NCBI GenBank assembly: GCA_003427395.1
Contig: BFEA01000001.1
Span: 2,780,017-2,844,016, forward strand
Direction: 5' to 3'
DNA: 64,000 nucleotides
Source of the DNA: Chara braunii
Lineage: Eukaryota; Plantae; Charophyceae
Shown: piece by piece, positions 1 to 12,225 of the stretch
Numbering within the stretch: position 1 is the first letter of the stretch
How the letters are laid out: the number at the start of each line of letters is the position of its first letter
Position numbers and translations under genes: made by a program
The notes under the pieces: generated by a model
Told to the model about the DNA's origin: nothing
Database searches by the model: none
The model's input: the letters and a program-made list of their open reading frames with translations, nothing else

Positions 1-206
1 AGTTGGTGGAAGTCCAACGAAACAGTCGGGCGCAGTTATGTCTCGCCCGAAACAAACGGGCACAAAAAAAAAAAAAAAAAAAAAAAAAATCTGAAAAAAG
101 GACGAAAATTTAAAAGGAATCTAAAACAGGATCTAGAAGAAAAAAAGAAAAGAAGAAAAGAAAGAAAATAAAAAAAAGGACGAACTTTCCTCACTGCCCA
201 AACGGT

Positions 207-240
207 TGCCCGTTTTCACGGGCACTTCAACAGGCACTAG
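207..240 (+). mobile_element. Possible Helitron-type 3' terminus
   Basis: 7-bp hairpin TGCCCGT-tttc-ACGGGCA (207-224) followed 12 nt later by CTAG (237-240). The next base is G rather than the usual T, and the 5' end would lie outside the window. Confidence 0.35.
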
Positions 241-463
241 GGCTAAAACGACCCAGTCACTTCTAGTGGCGCCATGTGGCGCCTCACATCTAACTTAGTT
301 TTAGTTGTGTTTTTTTTTTTCTTTTTTTTTTTTTCTCTGCCTTTTTTTTTTTTTTTTTTCTCGTCCGTTGGCTTAAGCCAACTGTCATGTCGTGGATACC
401 CAACGACCTGCTGAAATACAGAACCAAGTTCAAATCCATATGGATTCGATAAAATTTTAAAAG

Positions 464-528
464 TTTTTTTTTTTTTTTTTTTTTTACCATTTCGCGATTT
501 ATGCGTGCCATCCTTGCGCAAAGGCCAT
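464..528 (-). pseudogene. Retroposed 3' half of U6 snRNA with poly(A) tail
   Basis: Minus strand reads ATGGCCTTTGCGCAAGGATGGCACGCATAAATCGCGAAATGGT followed by A22. This matches the plant U6 3' half ATGGCCCCTGCGCAAGGATGACACGCATAAATCGAGAAATGGT as I recall it. Confidence 0.8.
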
Positions 529-1817
529 TTCACCCCGGCGCGGCTGATTTCAGTCGTGCGATCTCGAAGATCGCATGGGCGAAAGTCGGCCGCACCCCTT
601 GTCTAGTCGTGGGCCGCTCCAAAAGGAGCTAGCCCGGTAGTGCAGTTAGTCAGGTTCGATCCCCATGCCTGCGGGGTGGTAACCTAGCGACGGTACCTAC
701 TGGGCTAGCTCCTTTTCACATCAGAAGAGGAGCAGCCCTTCTCTATGAAGGGCTTCCAATGCCCAGCAGGCCCCTTCCCAGCGCTTAGCAGGCTGCGCCT
801 GCTAAGCCAGCTTGTTGCCGTGGCCGGCGGGTGGGGTCGGCGGCCGACAGCTTTAACAGTTGCCGTACTTAGCCGGCCTCGACGCCTTCGCCCCCGGGTC
901 CTTGGCGCAAAAGCTGTATGGACCCTAAGCCATCCCTTCACGCCGCGGTCCATCTTGCCGCGGCGACCCCTTCTTGGCCCGCTTAGGCCCTGAATCGCGC
1001 GGCTGTTATTATAGGTAGAGTGGGCTCAACTTTAGTTTCCCCACGACCGCACACCAGCGCGGCCTCGTCGGAACCCGCGGACGACAGTGCCGACCCCCGT
1101 TATCCCGCACGGATGTCGGTGTCGTCCTGCGTCGACGACATGAGGTTCAAAAAGTTCAAGTATTTCAGTCATAGCGCTGGTCTGGATAAACTCTGGCAAC
1201 GTCAATCTCATCAAGTCTTCTAATTAAGTGAGAAGGTCAGACAGCGTCCGACGTTGAAAAACACGGGTAGATAGATCCCTAACAATTGGACCTTGCGTGG
1301 TTGGCATGGATGATAGGCGTGGTTCTATCTATGTATGAATAGGATAGGGCATGGTAGACTATTAGATAATTGCCTCACTATAGGAGGATGATGTGGGGTT
1401 CTTCTTCTATCCCTTTTGATAAATTTTAGCATATGGCGCAGGTCGCTTTTGCTTTCTTCGAACGGCATTCCGTATCTTTTCTGTGTTTGTCTCTACTGAT
1501 CGATGCATGAATGATTGTCACCCTCTTTTGTTCATGTATGCATAAAACGGGACGCGTGGACGATGGGTATTTGTATATCGAAGCTAGGAAAGCATGTTAG
1601 AGGATCGAGGTCTGTCTCACGATAAGACTATCCACCCCTGGTTAACTGGCCAGCGCATACGAGACGCGGGTCATTGGTCTTGTCCATCGGACCTAAGGGC
1701 AGGCCCTGTGGACGCAAGTGTAAGCCTGATCAGGAGAACGCGGCCTACACTCATATCTTCAGTGCCTACCCCCGGTCCAACTTCTCGAATAACTGAGCTT
1801 TCGCCTCACCCCACAAC

Positions 1818-2837
1818 ATGAATATTGAACTTCCTTTTCGTATTACTGACCGCGAGTGTCAGAGGCAGTGCCGGACCCGTGAACGTGACCGGCCGTTCAT
1901 TTGGTGTTTCTTTTGTGAACGGGCCGACCACTAAAGAGTGGTGGTTTTTTTTTTTTTTTTTTGGGGCGCCCCCAGGTACATTCGCCTCAAGCCCCACAAC
2001 GTGGTGACATTAGGAAAAAAAAATAAAATAGAAATGACCTACAAAATAGCAAAAGAAAATGCTTATTTTGGCTGGTTGATTTTTTTTTTTCATTTTTAAT
2101 TAAAAAAAATATTATTTGTGAAGAAAAAAAAATTTGAAAAAATTATAGGGAGTTACCCTTCGATGTCCCCCACCCTCCTATAAAAAAAAAACATACCCCC
2201 CTAGCCAAAAAGAAATAAATAAAAAAAACACCGCTTTCTGTGAACTCCATGAACTCCCGTGTCGTGAACTCCATGAACTCTATGACCGGCTCCGTTCACA
2301 AACCCCGTGAACGGTGAACGGGGGTACGGCACTGGTCTGAGGGATCCAGATTTTCAGGAGTATTGGGAGCACGTGTGTCTGTCTGCACGACCGAGGGGAA
2401 AACTTCCTGAGTTTCCATACCCGGTGGGAAACGAGCGTATCTGCGTGTGGGACATCGACCGAGCTCGAGGGCGCATTCCTCACCACCCGGAATTCCCCTG
2501 CTCGTATACGTGTCACCTTGTCGCGGAGCCGAGAGTAATTATTATGGAAACCGACTTCCCTCCCTGCCACCGCATACTGCCCTTCCATTCGCTGACCACC
2601 ATCCCCTGGCGCACAATTGCTCCGTATTGGCCCCAACCACCCGCGATAGCCATAGCGTCCCGCACGTGCACCAAATACGAGCCCAACCCAGATGACGAAG
2701 CCAACAAAGGTGGTAGCCCCATGCTCAGAAACATAGAAACAGACTTCGACCCACGCCTATCCTCTTGCACTCCTATCCCTGAAACTTGCCACAGGAAATC
2801 TCAGTTCCAACCTGGGACTCCACCCCCACTTTCCTAA
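1818..2837 (+). pseudogene. Orphan 180-aa ORF interrupted by a hAT MITE, within the probable gypsy 5' LTR
   Basis: ATG at 1818 plus 16 codons (MNIELPFRITDRECQR) joins in frame to 2343-2837 (DPDFQEYWEHVCLSARP...) once the MITE 1866-2334 and one TSD copy are removed. No recognisable domain. Confidence 0.5.
1866..2334. mobile_element. Non-autonomous hAT-type MITE
   Basis: TIRs CAGTGCCGGACCC / GGGTACGGCACTG (12/13). 8-bp TSD GTCAGAGG (1858-1865) / GTCTGAGG (2335-2342). Subterminal GTGAAC repeats and AT-rich core. Confidence 0.8.
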
Positions 2838-2913
2838 AATCCTTGGTACACCCCCTTTTCACACTTCCAGGCCCACTCACACTCTGATCAAGAAGTCGTG
2901 TCGGGCGTGAGGT

Positions 2914-2925
2914 TGGTATCGGAGC
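2914..2925 (+). promoter_or_regulatory. Primer-binding site (tRNA-iMet type) of the Ty3/gypsy element; 5' LTR ends at ~2910
   Basis: TGGTATCGGAGC, 11/12 to canonical TGGTATCAGAGC, directly after the LTR-end-like CGGGCGTGA. It lies ~130 nt upstream of the gag ATG once 2991-4726 is removed. Confidence 0.7.
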
Positions 2926-2990
2926 TGACGTGTGGCAGGTCCAGAGATTGCCAATCAGATAGGGGCGTCCTAGGCAGAGGAATGTGCGGT

Positions 2991-3455
2991 CTGTGTGTCT
3001 CATTTTCGATTCAACGGGGGTTTCCCGTTGAAAGGTTCAACGGCCGTTGAACCCCCGTTATAATGCCGCGCTATATCTAACGCGATACAACGCGGCCCGC
3101 AAATTATTTTCGCGGGCAAAAAATAATAATAAATAATAATAAAAAATATGGGGGTGTAGATTGTTTTGCGCTCTACATCCCCATATTTTTATTTTTATTT
3201 TTATTTTTTTAGCATTTAAATTATTTTTTAAAAATNNNNNNNNNNNNNNNNNNNNNNNNNNNNNNNNNNNNNNNNNNNNNNNNNNNNNNNNNNNNNNNNN
3301 NNNNNNNNNNNNNNNNNNNNNNNNNNNNNNNNNNNNNNNNNNNNNNNNNNNNNNNNNNNNNNNNNNNNNNNNNNNNNNNNNNNNNNNNNNNNNNNNNNNN
3401 NNNNNNNNNNNNNNNNNNNNNNNNNNNNNNNNNNNNNNNNNNNNNNNNNNNNNNN

Positions 3456-3502
<47 letters not shown>

Positions 3503-4726
3503 CACTTACTTTCGAAGTTCCCGTTCGACAAGGTTCGTCCGATTCCGCTTCCACCAGGGCTGGGCAATCTATCAGCCCTAGTGCCTATCACTGCTGTTCG
3601 GTCCAAGTTGCCTGCCCGTTGGTAGGGCAATGGTCCTGAGTGCTGGTCACACTGAGGTAGAATAGTGGGATAAGGGGTGCGCTAGGAGTATTGACGTGAG
3701 GATAGGTTGGGAGGTGGTCTCATATTCCAGGACACCCACGGCTCACAGTTCCAGGTGATCACTGTGCACACACTGATTGGCCTCTACAACACCCTGGAGC
3801 ATGGTCCCACTAGCAACGGGATAGGATAGAAAAGAGTTTGTGTGGCAGTTGAGTGACCCAAATCTTGTCGTGCAGTACGCGTGATCCCACGGTCAGTATT
3901 TTACATATATTACCCGAAAAAGTAAGGAGATTTTGGTTCCCCTCCTCCTCTCCTTAACACTGGGCTTGGTGCAAAGGAAGCTTCCCGCCAAAATCTTTTC
4001 AATGCGTTGGGGGTATGGCCAACCCCAAAAGAGAGTGGGGTCGGCCATAGGCCCACTGGATAGAAGATTTTCAATACTTTGCTTGTTGTTGTGCAATTAT
4101 CTCATTGGGCGGGGCCCTCCTTTAATCACGGAGTATATGGAGGGCATCAAGATCACCGCTGACAGAAGTTGATTTTATTCCAGAAAATGTGGCAGTTACT
4201 TTGTTCACTGTTGTTGTGACCACCAGTTTGATAGCTGGGAAACACTCTACCGTGATTGCAGTTGGGAGGTCTCTGTTTCTTTTTTTTTTTTTTGCCATCC
4301 TCGTGTTTTCTCAGCCAATAATTCGTAATGAACCTGTCAGCCCGCTGCCACTCAGTGTCACACTGGATCGGCTTCACTCCTATCCGACTGCTAAGGGGAC
4401 CATGCTCCTGGACTTTATGGTTAGAGGTTAAAAAAAAAAAAAAAAAAAAAAAAAATCGACGGGATTCAAGGGGATTCAAGGGGATTCAACGAGATTCAAC
4501 GAGGATTCAACTGGTATTCAACGGGATTCAACGGGATGGAAAAAAAAAATTTGCTCCACGCGCGTCCAGCGACATGTCGGAGGCCTAATGCGCCCTCCCC
4601 GTTGAACAGTACTCAACAGGGAGGGTCCGTTGTACTATTCAACGGGGATTGAACGGGGCCCCGAGGGCTATTCAACGGGTATAACGACGTTGAAACTTTT
4701 TCGTTGCACGTTGAATAGACACATAG
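2991..4726. mobile_element. Probable non-autonomous hAT-like DNA element in the gypsy leader (spans an assembly gap)
   Basis: Ends CTGTGTGTCT / AGACACATAG. Many subterminal TTCAACGGG/CCCGTTGAA repeats at both ends. Shares the AAAAATATGGG.GTGTA..CTACA..CCCAT hairpin with the element at 52486-53456. TSD poorly conserved. Confidence 0.45.
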
Positions 4727-4787
4727 CGCGCCGCGCCGCGACCCGATAATAACGAGAAGTAGATCGGTAGGTTGAAAGGTCGCCGAC

Positions 4788-6913
4788 ATGAATGCCAATC
4801 TGGTGCCAAATGCTGGAGGAGTCCCCGCCCCTCGAGCACGTGCACCAACGACCCCGCCTGATTTATACCTCTTTGACCCTGCACATCACCTCATCGGAGT
4901 CTGGCTACTACAGTGCTAGCCACGCTGCGCGCGCAACAGTACGACTATGACAAGGCCAGGATCAACATCCCCGCTAGATTGGGAGGGGATGCGCACCACT
5001 GGTTTACCATTTACGTATGGGTCAATCTCCCGACCTTCGAAAGGGACTTCCTAAACCAGTTTGATTACATCCACCCTGAGCAAGTTGTCTTCATGATTAA
5101 GGATCGAGTCCAGAAACCCCTTGAATCCGTCGCTGAATACCGAAGCAGGTTCTATAGGTTGTTTGTTAAGTGAGAACTGGGCGAAAATGTCGAGAGGAAT
5201 TCATTTATTGATGGGCTTTGAAGTCGCACAATGAGGGTCAAACTGCGACAACAGTTCTCCCCCATCAACCACACCATGCAGCAAATCATGGATGTTGCAA
5301 AAGAGATGGAGAGAAAGTTCGTTGCTAGCTCCCTAGAAGGGGAGGACCACGCCAAGGAAGGGGACTTTTCATAATTAGCCAAAGCGAAGGTCGAATTAGC
5401 GGCGCTCCAAAACAAATTTGAGAACATGGTCTTTGTCTCCGGGCCCGTCACTTACCTAAGAACGATACCTGACACAACCATGCGGCTGGTCGTGATTGTC
5501 GCCCCTACACCTCCCCCGGAACCTCCCGTGAAACCAAGTGAGCCAAACGCAATACTGGAGTTGACCCGAACGTTAGTTAGCCTGATGCAAGAGAGCAAGA
5601 AGGAATAGCGTGAGCACGATGCGCGGATAGAGTCTATGATGAGATCGATGCGCCCTATTGTTGTTCGAGCTGCACCCATGGCACAGGCAGCAGCCCCCAC
5701 TCAGGTGGTGGGCGGCGCGGTGGCGAATCTAGACGTCTGCTACATGTGTAACGAGCCTGATCACCTAGCCAGGGACTGCCCCAACCGACCAGCTCGAGTA
5801 CGGGTAGGGGTTGCCCCTGTGGCAGCATCACCAGTAGCCAACGGGCCAGGAAGAGTAGGCACGGTGATTGAAGAAACGGAGGGAGGGGGAAGCATGATGA
5901 TTACCACCGAGGAAGCTGCGGAACTGATCCCGCTTGATCAATACATCTCGCTCGGTTACGCAGGGATGGGAATGATTGGAACCATCCGACCAGCGAACGA
6001 ACAACGGGAAATAGTGGAATGGAGACCATCTCCCGGAGAAATGGAATCTGACGGCCCTACCTTCATTACGGGAGAAATTGATGTCCTGAACATCATCCGA
6101 GCTCTGGATCATCGAATCCCCCTGCCCATCGGACACCTATTGTCTATATCAGAGCAAGTGAATGAACGAATGTTGCAACATTTCAAGACAAACCGAAAAC
6201 GGTTCGTCCTTGCTAAGCAATCAGCCACCAAAGGGAAAGCCCCCGCTTGTGAAGGCAAACCCAATATCCCCAAAACCTCGGACCCGATACGATTGGGACT
6301 CATTCGGAAAGATGGTCATCTTCTTCGCATAAAGCTCATTCCATGGAAATCCACGGAATGTGATGTGGAAGTTTGGGGAAATCCGTACAACGCTATAGTC
6401 GATTCAGGGGCCGCGGTCCTAGCCATTTCGTTAAAGGTCGTGGAACGAGCCAGAAGAAGAAAGGATTTGATCCCGTTGGTAGAAGGAGATCACCTTGTCT
6501 TGACCTGCGAAGAAAATATCAAAGTGGTAGGAAGGATGACGAATGTCGCGTTCCGGTTAGGAAAAGTTCACGCGTTGGGAGATGTCGTGGTATTAGATGT
6601 GAATACTTACGACATCCTCCTAGGATTACCAGCCCTTACCGCATTAAGAGCCAATCTCGACTTCGAGAGACGATCTATCATTCTTAGGAATACAGGCAGA
6701 AAGCCATACGTCATCCCGATGCGGTTAACTCTCCGGACCGCATTTCCTACGACCCAGAAGACTCCCCCGGGAAGTGGAGAACCACTCCACGTAATCACCT
6801 GGAGGGAACCCCTCTGGGAAACAGACAGGTCAAGTAGGTCCTCCAAAGGCGAGAATGAAACCAACCTCGAGATTTGGGATATGGTACACAAACAGATTCA
6901 TTACCCCGTGTGA
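4788..6913 (+). pseudogene. gag (capsid-like region and CCHC knuckle) plus aspartic protease
   Basis: Gag-like LGGDAHHWF...FERDFLNQF...QKPLESVAEYRSRF. Zinc knuckle CYMCNEPDHLARDC. Protease AIVDSGA...YDILLGLPAL. Confidence 0.9.
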
Positions 6914-7365
6914 CAGAAAACATCGAAAACATTCGTCCTTACGGAACGGAACCTCCAACGGACGAGAGCCTTAATTCTAGGGGAGCCACTTGTCCAAATG
7001 TCCCGAATGGCAGATTCTTCGGAACCCCTTCGGACCCTATACGAAGCCACCATCCCACTTCTCTCGAGATACAGTAACAAGAAAGCATTCTGCGACATTT
7101 CGGGACTACCTCATTCTCTGCTCTCTACGGGGAAAGAGGTTAGATTGCTGCGACAGGGTGCCGAGGACGGAGCTTTGGAACCCCCTGGGGGTAACAACCC
7201 ATACGAACTCGGAATCAGGATTACGGAAAAACTGGTAAGTTTGCAGGATATCAAAGACGGAGTCGTGGCAATCCAAGAAGCAGACGCCAGATGGTCGCCA
7301 CGGTGTTCTCATGACGGTCAGACAAGTCATTCATTTCGGCTCCTCCGCTAGGAAACGGCAACAAA

Positions 7366-8925
7366 GTGGACACGAAACAAGTGACAGTTAGCATACGCGG
7401 ACAACTGTATGAGTTACATGTGCCCCAATACGTGCCAGACAAAACTCATCGACTAATCGTTGATATCCCAATCGAATGTCAAGGGACGTTACTAATTCAG
7501 CACGAAATCCAAACCGGAACGCACCCAGCATTCCACTGCAAGCCATACCGATATTCCCTCGCCGAACGAAAAACAACATTGGAACGAATCAGGCAGTTCG
7601 AAGCTAACGGTTGGATTGAACTAGCTACCGGGCCATGATCATTCCCCATAGTCTTAGTTCCGAATAAAAACGGGTCGATTCACATATGCATCGATTATAG
7701 GAAGTTGAATAATATCACAATCAAAGATGTATAACCCCTCCCCCGGATTGATGACTTGCTGGATGCGATTGGGTGTATCAATTATTTTAGTAAGTTTGAT
7801 ATTCGTCATGGGTTCCATCATATCCTAGTCGAGGAGGAGGATCGGCCAAAGACGGCGTTCGTACTATTCGGAGGCATGTGGCAGTGGGTTCATTGCCCTA
7901 TGGGGATATGCAATGCACCGACGACCTTTCAGAGAGCGATGAACATGACCTTTCATAACTTCGTCAATAAGACTCGATTGACCGAGGGCATGATCAATTT
8001 TTGCGTCATTGTGTACATGGACGATACTTTGGTGTATTCTGAATCATTCCACGGGCACGCTCAGCACATCGAATGAACGCTGGGGGCGTTGCGAGATGCT
8101 GGGTTCAAAATCGCGTTGGAGAAGAGCGAGTTCTTCCTCTCGGAGATCTCGTTCCTAGGGTACGTGGTGACTCGAGGGGGATTGAGACCATATTCGAGAA
8201 AAGTCGAAGCGGTTCGAGGAGCCCCTACGCCCACGTCGCTGACGCAGGTTCGAGCCTTCCTGGGGCTGGCCTCGTACTACCGAAGGTTTATTAAGGGGTT
8301 CGCAGCAATTGCTCGGCCTCTAACAAACCTCCTACGAAAAGACCAGCCGCTGAAGTGGGACGCAGATTACGAACAAGCCTTTGTCACCTTGAAGGAGGCC
8401 CTGGCTTCCGCGCCTATTTTGATTCGGCCCGATCTAGGAAAGCAGTTCATACTCATCACGGATTGGCACTCCAAGGAAATCTCCACTATTTTGGCCCAAA
8501 AGGGGAAGGACAGTCGCGAACACGTCATCGAGTATGCCTCGCGAACTGTACCTGACGAACACGGGAACGATTCGGCCCCACAAGGAGAGTGTTACACGGT
8601 CGTCTGGGGAATTCAGCACTTCCATCCGTATCTATACGGACAAAAGTTTCTCCTCGTCACGGATCATGAGCCCCTACTAACTCTCAAAAGGCTCACTAAC
8701 TACACGGGCATGATTAGACGATGGGTTGTTCGGCTCCAAGAGTATGACTTCGATATCATTCATCGGAAGAGAGAAAAGCACGGGAACGTAGACGGGTTGA
8801 CGCGACTGCATCAACCAAACAAGGTGGCAAAATGTGAAGAGATCACTCCGTGGAAAGAGTCGGAGCCAGCCAAGGGACCCTCGTACGGAGAAGTGACCAT
8901 TCTCCCCCGACCCTCTAGGAAGTGA
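7366..8925 (+). pseudogene. Reverse transcriptase and RNase H (single frame with stops)
   Basis: RT motifs IDYRKLN, PLPRIDDLLD, FSKFDIRHGFHHI, CPMGICNAPTTFQ, VYMDD, FLGYVV, FLGLASYYRRFI. RNase H motifs FILITD, EYASR, LVTDHEPL, LQEYDFDI, HGNVDGLTR. Confidence 0.95.
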
Positions 8926-9020
8926 TACGTGGACGTGATGGCGATGGGTGGGGAAGGTAATACCAGGGGGCCCCTTTCTCCCTCTCATCCTCTTCTTTTG
9001 TTTCCTTGTCTGGCAAATTC

Positions 9021-9182
9021 TATTATTTTTGCGAAGCAATATCGCGAGTTTATTCAGTTCTTATGCGTCCTAGTGGGGAAGGATATGCCGAGTGGGTCGA
9101 TTATCAACATTGGGTCTCCCGAGCCCACGGTTCCTGTATCCAATACAGGAACACGGATAAACCCTGGTTATGTCTCTTGTGT
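9021..9182 (+). pseudogene. Degenerate PHD-finger-like domain in frame with the integrase
   Basis: (Y)YFC-x23-(Y)QH(W)VSRAHGSC-x9-WLCLLC has C4HC3 spacing with the diagnostic W-x-C-x2-C. The three missing Cys are TAT, TAT and TGG, each one substitution from TGT. Confidence 0.6.
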
Positions 9183-9329
9183 CGAACCGAGAAAATTCCG
9201 ACATAGGCTCAATTCCTCGAAGCTACGTCCGAAGGTTTAGAAAAGACATGCCGATTCCGGCATGCCGAGGTATGGACAAATGTTGTCCTGATAGCTACAG
9301 TAGTTGGAAACTCCCTCCGAGAATTCACC

Positions 9330-10460
9330 AAGGAAGATCGGAGGCGGGCTAACGAGAAAGCGCGAGATTACCGATGGAACGACGGACGGTTAGGAAAACG
9401 AAAGAGTGATGGTAGTGGCATCTGGATGTCAATACCTCATCCATTCACGAGGTAGGACTGAGTTTAGTCAACCCACGAGGAAACCGCCGCTCACTTTGGT
9501 GTCAGGATTACGGAATCGGCCATCGACAAAAACGAGTGGTATTGGTCCAATATCCGCGACGACATTAAATTCATTGTTAAAAATTGTCCATTATGCCCGG
9601 CAGACAAAGCGTCGATTCAGCCGGCTAGGTCGATAATGCCCACCGTAGTCGAACGACCATTCCAAAGGGTTAGCATCGACACCACGGATATTATTGTGCC
9701 CCCAGGACCGAATAGCTGTGAGTATTCAATTCTTTTGGTATTCGTGGATCACTTCTCGAAATGGATCAAAGCCTACCCATGTAAAACGCGACAGGTGGCG
9801 AAAATCGTGCGGTATGTTAACCATTTCCTTGAAATGCATCAGGACACCGAGGAAATTTTAACGGACAACGGAGGGGAATTCGGAGGGGAAGTCTTGAGGA
9901 GCCTAGTCATACACGGCGTCTCTATTCACATTACCGCCCCCCATATGTCACAATCGAACGGACTGGTAGAGAATGCGAACTAGGTGATTAAGACTGCTCT
10001 GTGACGAAATATCGCGGTGCGAGACTCGAGGCCGTGGCCCGACATCGTGGACCATATCCTAGCTATCCACTGGGGGACCCCTCATGAGTCCACTGGCTTG
10101 ACCCCTTTTCAATTACGAACCAACAGTCTGGCGTGTGTAGCTCTGCCAAGCCTAAACGACGAAACGACCCTTGCACGACGAGCCACGAGGGCGACGATCA
10201 AGGACAAGGCCTAGCGTCATTTAGAATTGTTGGAAAAGACCCTCCCCTGGTTAGCCCCAAAAAGACAGCGGGTGATCGAGATGGCCCACGGTCCGACAGG
10301 TCCGGAGCTACAAGGCCCAATATGGGAACGTTGGACCCCGGCCCCAGTATAAATTGGGGGACATAGTGCCGGTGAGGGAAATTTGCTCGCCAAGGCAAGT
10401 TAGCGCCACGATTCTTCGGGCGATTTCGCTTAGTCGAGCTCGGTCCTAGTGGAGTGAACA
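9330..10460 (+). pseudogene. Integrase (HHCC, DDE core, GPY/F-like tail)
   Basis: HEETAAHFG...WYWSNIRDDIKFIVKNCPLC; PFQRVSID, VDHFSKW, LTDNGGEF, SNGLVE; GKLAPRFFGRFRL. Several stops. Confidence 0.92.
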
Positions 10461-10503
10461 CGGTGCGGTTTGCACCGAAGGTCTCAGGAAGCAGATCGAC
10501 CCG

Positions 10504-10506
<3 letters not shown>

Positions 10507-10594
<88 letters not shown>
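10507..10594. repeat. (GA)n microsatellite at the gypsy truncation point
   Basis: Pure GA dinucleotide run. Similar (GA/CT)n and (CA/TG)n tracts recur throughout the window. Confidence 0.95.
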
Positions 10595-10599
<5 letters not shown>

Positions 10600-12225
10600 A
10601 GTATTGAGCCCTTACATGGCAGAACGGGCGATGCGGGATGAACAGAAAGAATAGCTACGGTGCCAAACTAACTCCTAGAGGGCCATCTTTGGTAAGCGGA
10701 AGTGGCGATGCGAGATTTTTTTTCATCTGCCTGTCGCTGTACCTTTCCCTGTTTTAGGGGAAAGTTCATCTTTGTTTTTGCACATTTAGTGAGTAGTGGG
10801 ACGATGCTGTTGTTGCACGTCATGTCCGTTGGGACGGGATTTGGTGGTGCTCACAGCGAGGTGGGCTCATGCAAGTAGCTGTTGAAAAAGGGAGGACGGG
10901 GGCATGTCATTTAGTGATGACGAGGAAGGGAGTACTAGCAGAGGAATAATAGAGAACGATCGTGGGGATAAGTAGGAAGTGAGGAACTTGTCGGGTAGGA
11001 AGTACGGTGTTTTTCCATGTCCTGCGACATGAGAGACGAGCGGCATTTAACAATGGTCGGTCAAGCACACGAGAAAGAGGAAGGAAGCAACAGGGGAGAT
11101 TCGTGTAAAAAGTGGAAGTCAGAGGCTAAGTGCAGCAAAGCGAGAAGAAATGTTTGCTCTTGTTTGTTGTGACCTTGTTGTGGCCGCGACTTCCAAACAA
11201 CGATGTACTGCCAAATTTATGCCCCGATCGCTACTGCTAGGCTTTGGGTTGATGCAGGCGCCCTGCTTAGGAGTTGTTGTTACTGTGTAAACTGCTGTTG
11301 GGATTTGTAATGTGCGGTTGTTGGGCTTCGCTGTGAGCAACTGCTGGTGGTAGTGCGCATTGCAGAGTTTGGATTGTTGTGTTTCAGCATCATCATATTT
11401 TTCTTTCTTCTAGTTGCTGCGCATTACTGAGACTACAGTGCATTGATGTGTGAATCACTGCTTTGATAACAACCTGCTGTATGTGTTGTGTGTTGGTTGC
11501 ACATGGTCGATGTGCAGACAACGGCTTGCTGAGCTTGGCTGTGTTTACTACGCCTCGAATAAAGTACGAGGGTGTGCTCTATTTAAAACAGAGTATTTCG
11601 AAGGTTGTGTAATTGCGTCCTGGTCAGTAGTTGGAGTGCGATGTTTTGAGAGTGTCATCAGGCTTTTTGCGGACGGGTCTCTGTTATGACAAGGGGGTTG
11701 TCAAGAGGCTGCTACTTGCATATTGGTCGTGGTTCGGCCGACTTCACTACGTTTTTGGCCACCATTGCAGGGCCATCAGGCGCATGAAGATTTCAAGGTC
11801 CTTTCACGTAAGTTGAGTTGGCCCTCTCTTGTATCTCGAGCGTCTAAAACCCCTCATTCTGCCTTTCTTACTCCAAGTCTAGTCTAAGGTTACGAGAGGA
11901 AGGCGGCAGGCGGGATTGCACCCCGTAGGACCGCAGCAAGACCTTGTGGGAGGCCCACCCACCGATTGTGGGAGCTCTGTCGGAGCCCAGGTGGGGTTTT
12001 GGAGGCATGAAACACTCAGGTATAATGCTCGTTTTACGCATGTGATCCCTTTCCTTAAATTGTATTACCCTTTGCTATTGTGTGCCTGCAAGTATGGCTG
12101 AGAAAATTAGTTACTTTTGTTTGTTTTGAATTCATGACATGATATGAAAGGTCAATTGGCAAGTATGTATGATAAAGTCAGATTATCTGTATAAATTCAG
12201 ACGAAATGAAAGTGTGACTTTATTT

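Larger units (their letters stand above)
4788..10500 (+). mobile_element. Decayed Ty3/gypsy LTR retrotransposon, internal region
   Basis: Domain order gag, PR, RT, RNase H, integrase. Many in-frame stops and frameshifts. Truncated at a (GA)n tract; I see no matching 3' LTR. Confidence 0.95.
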
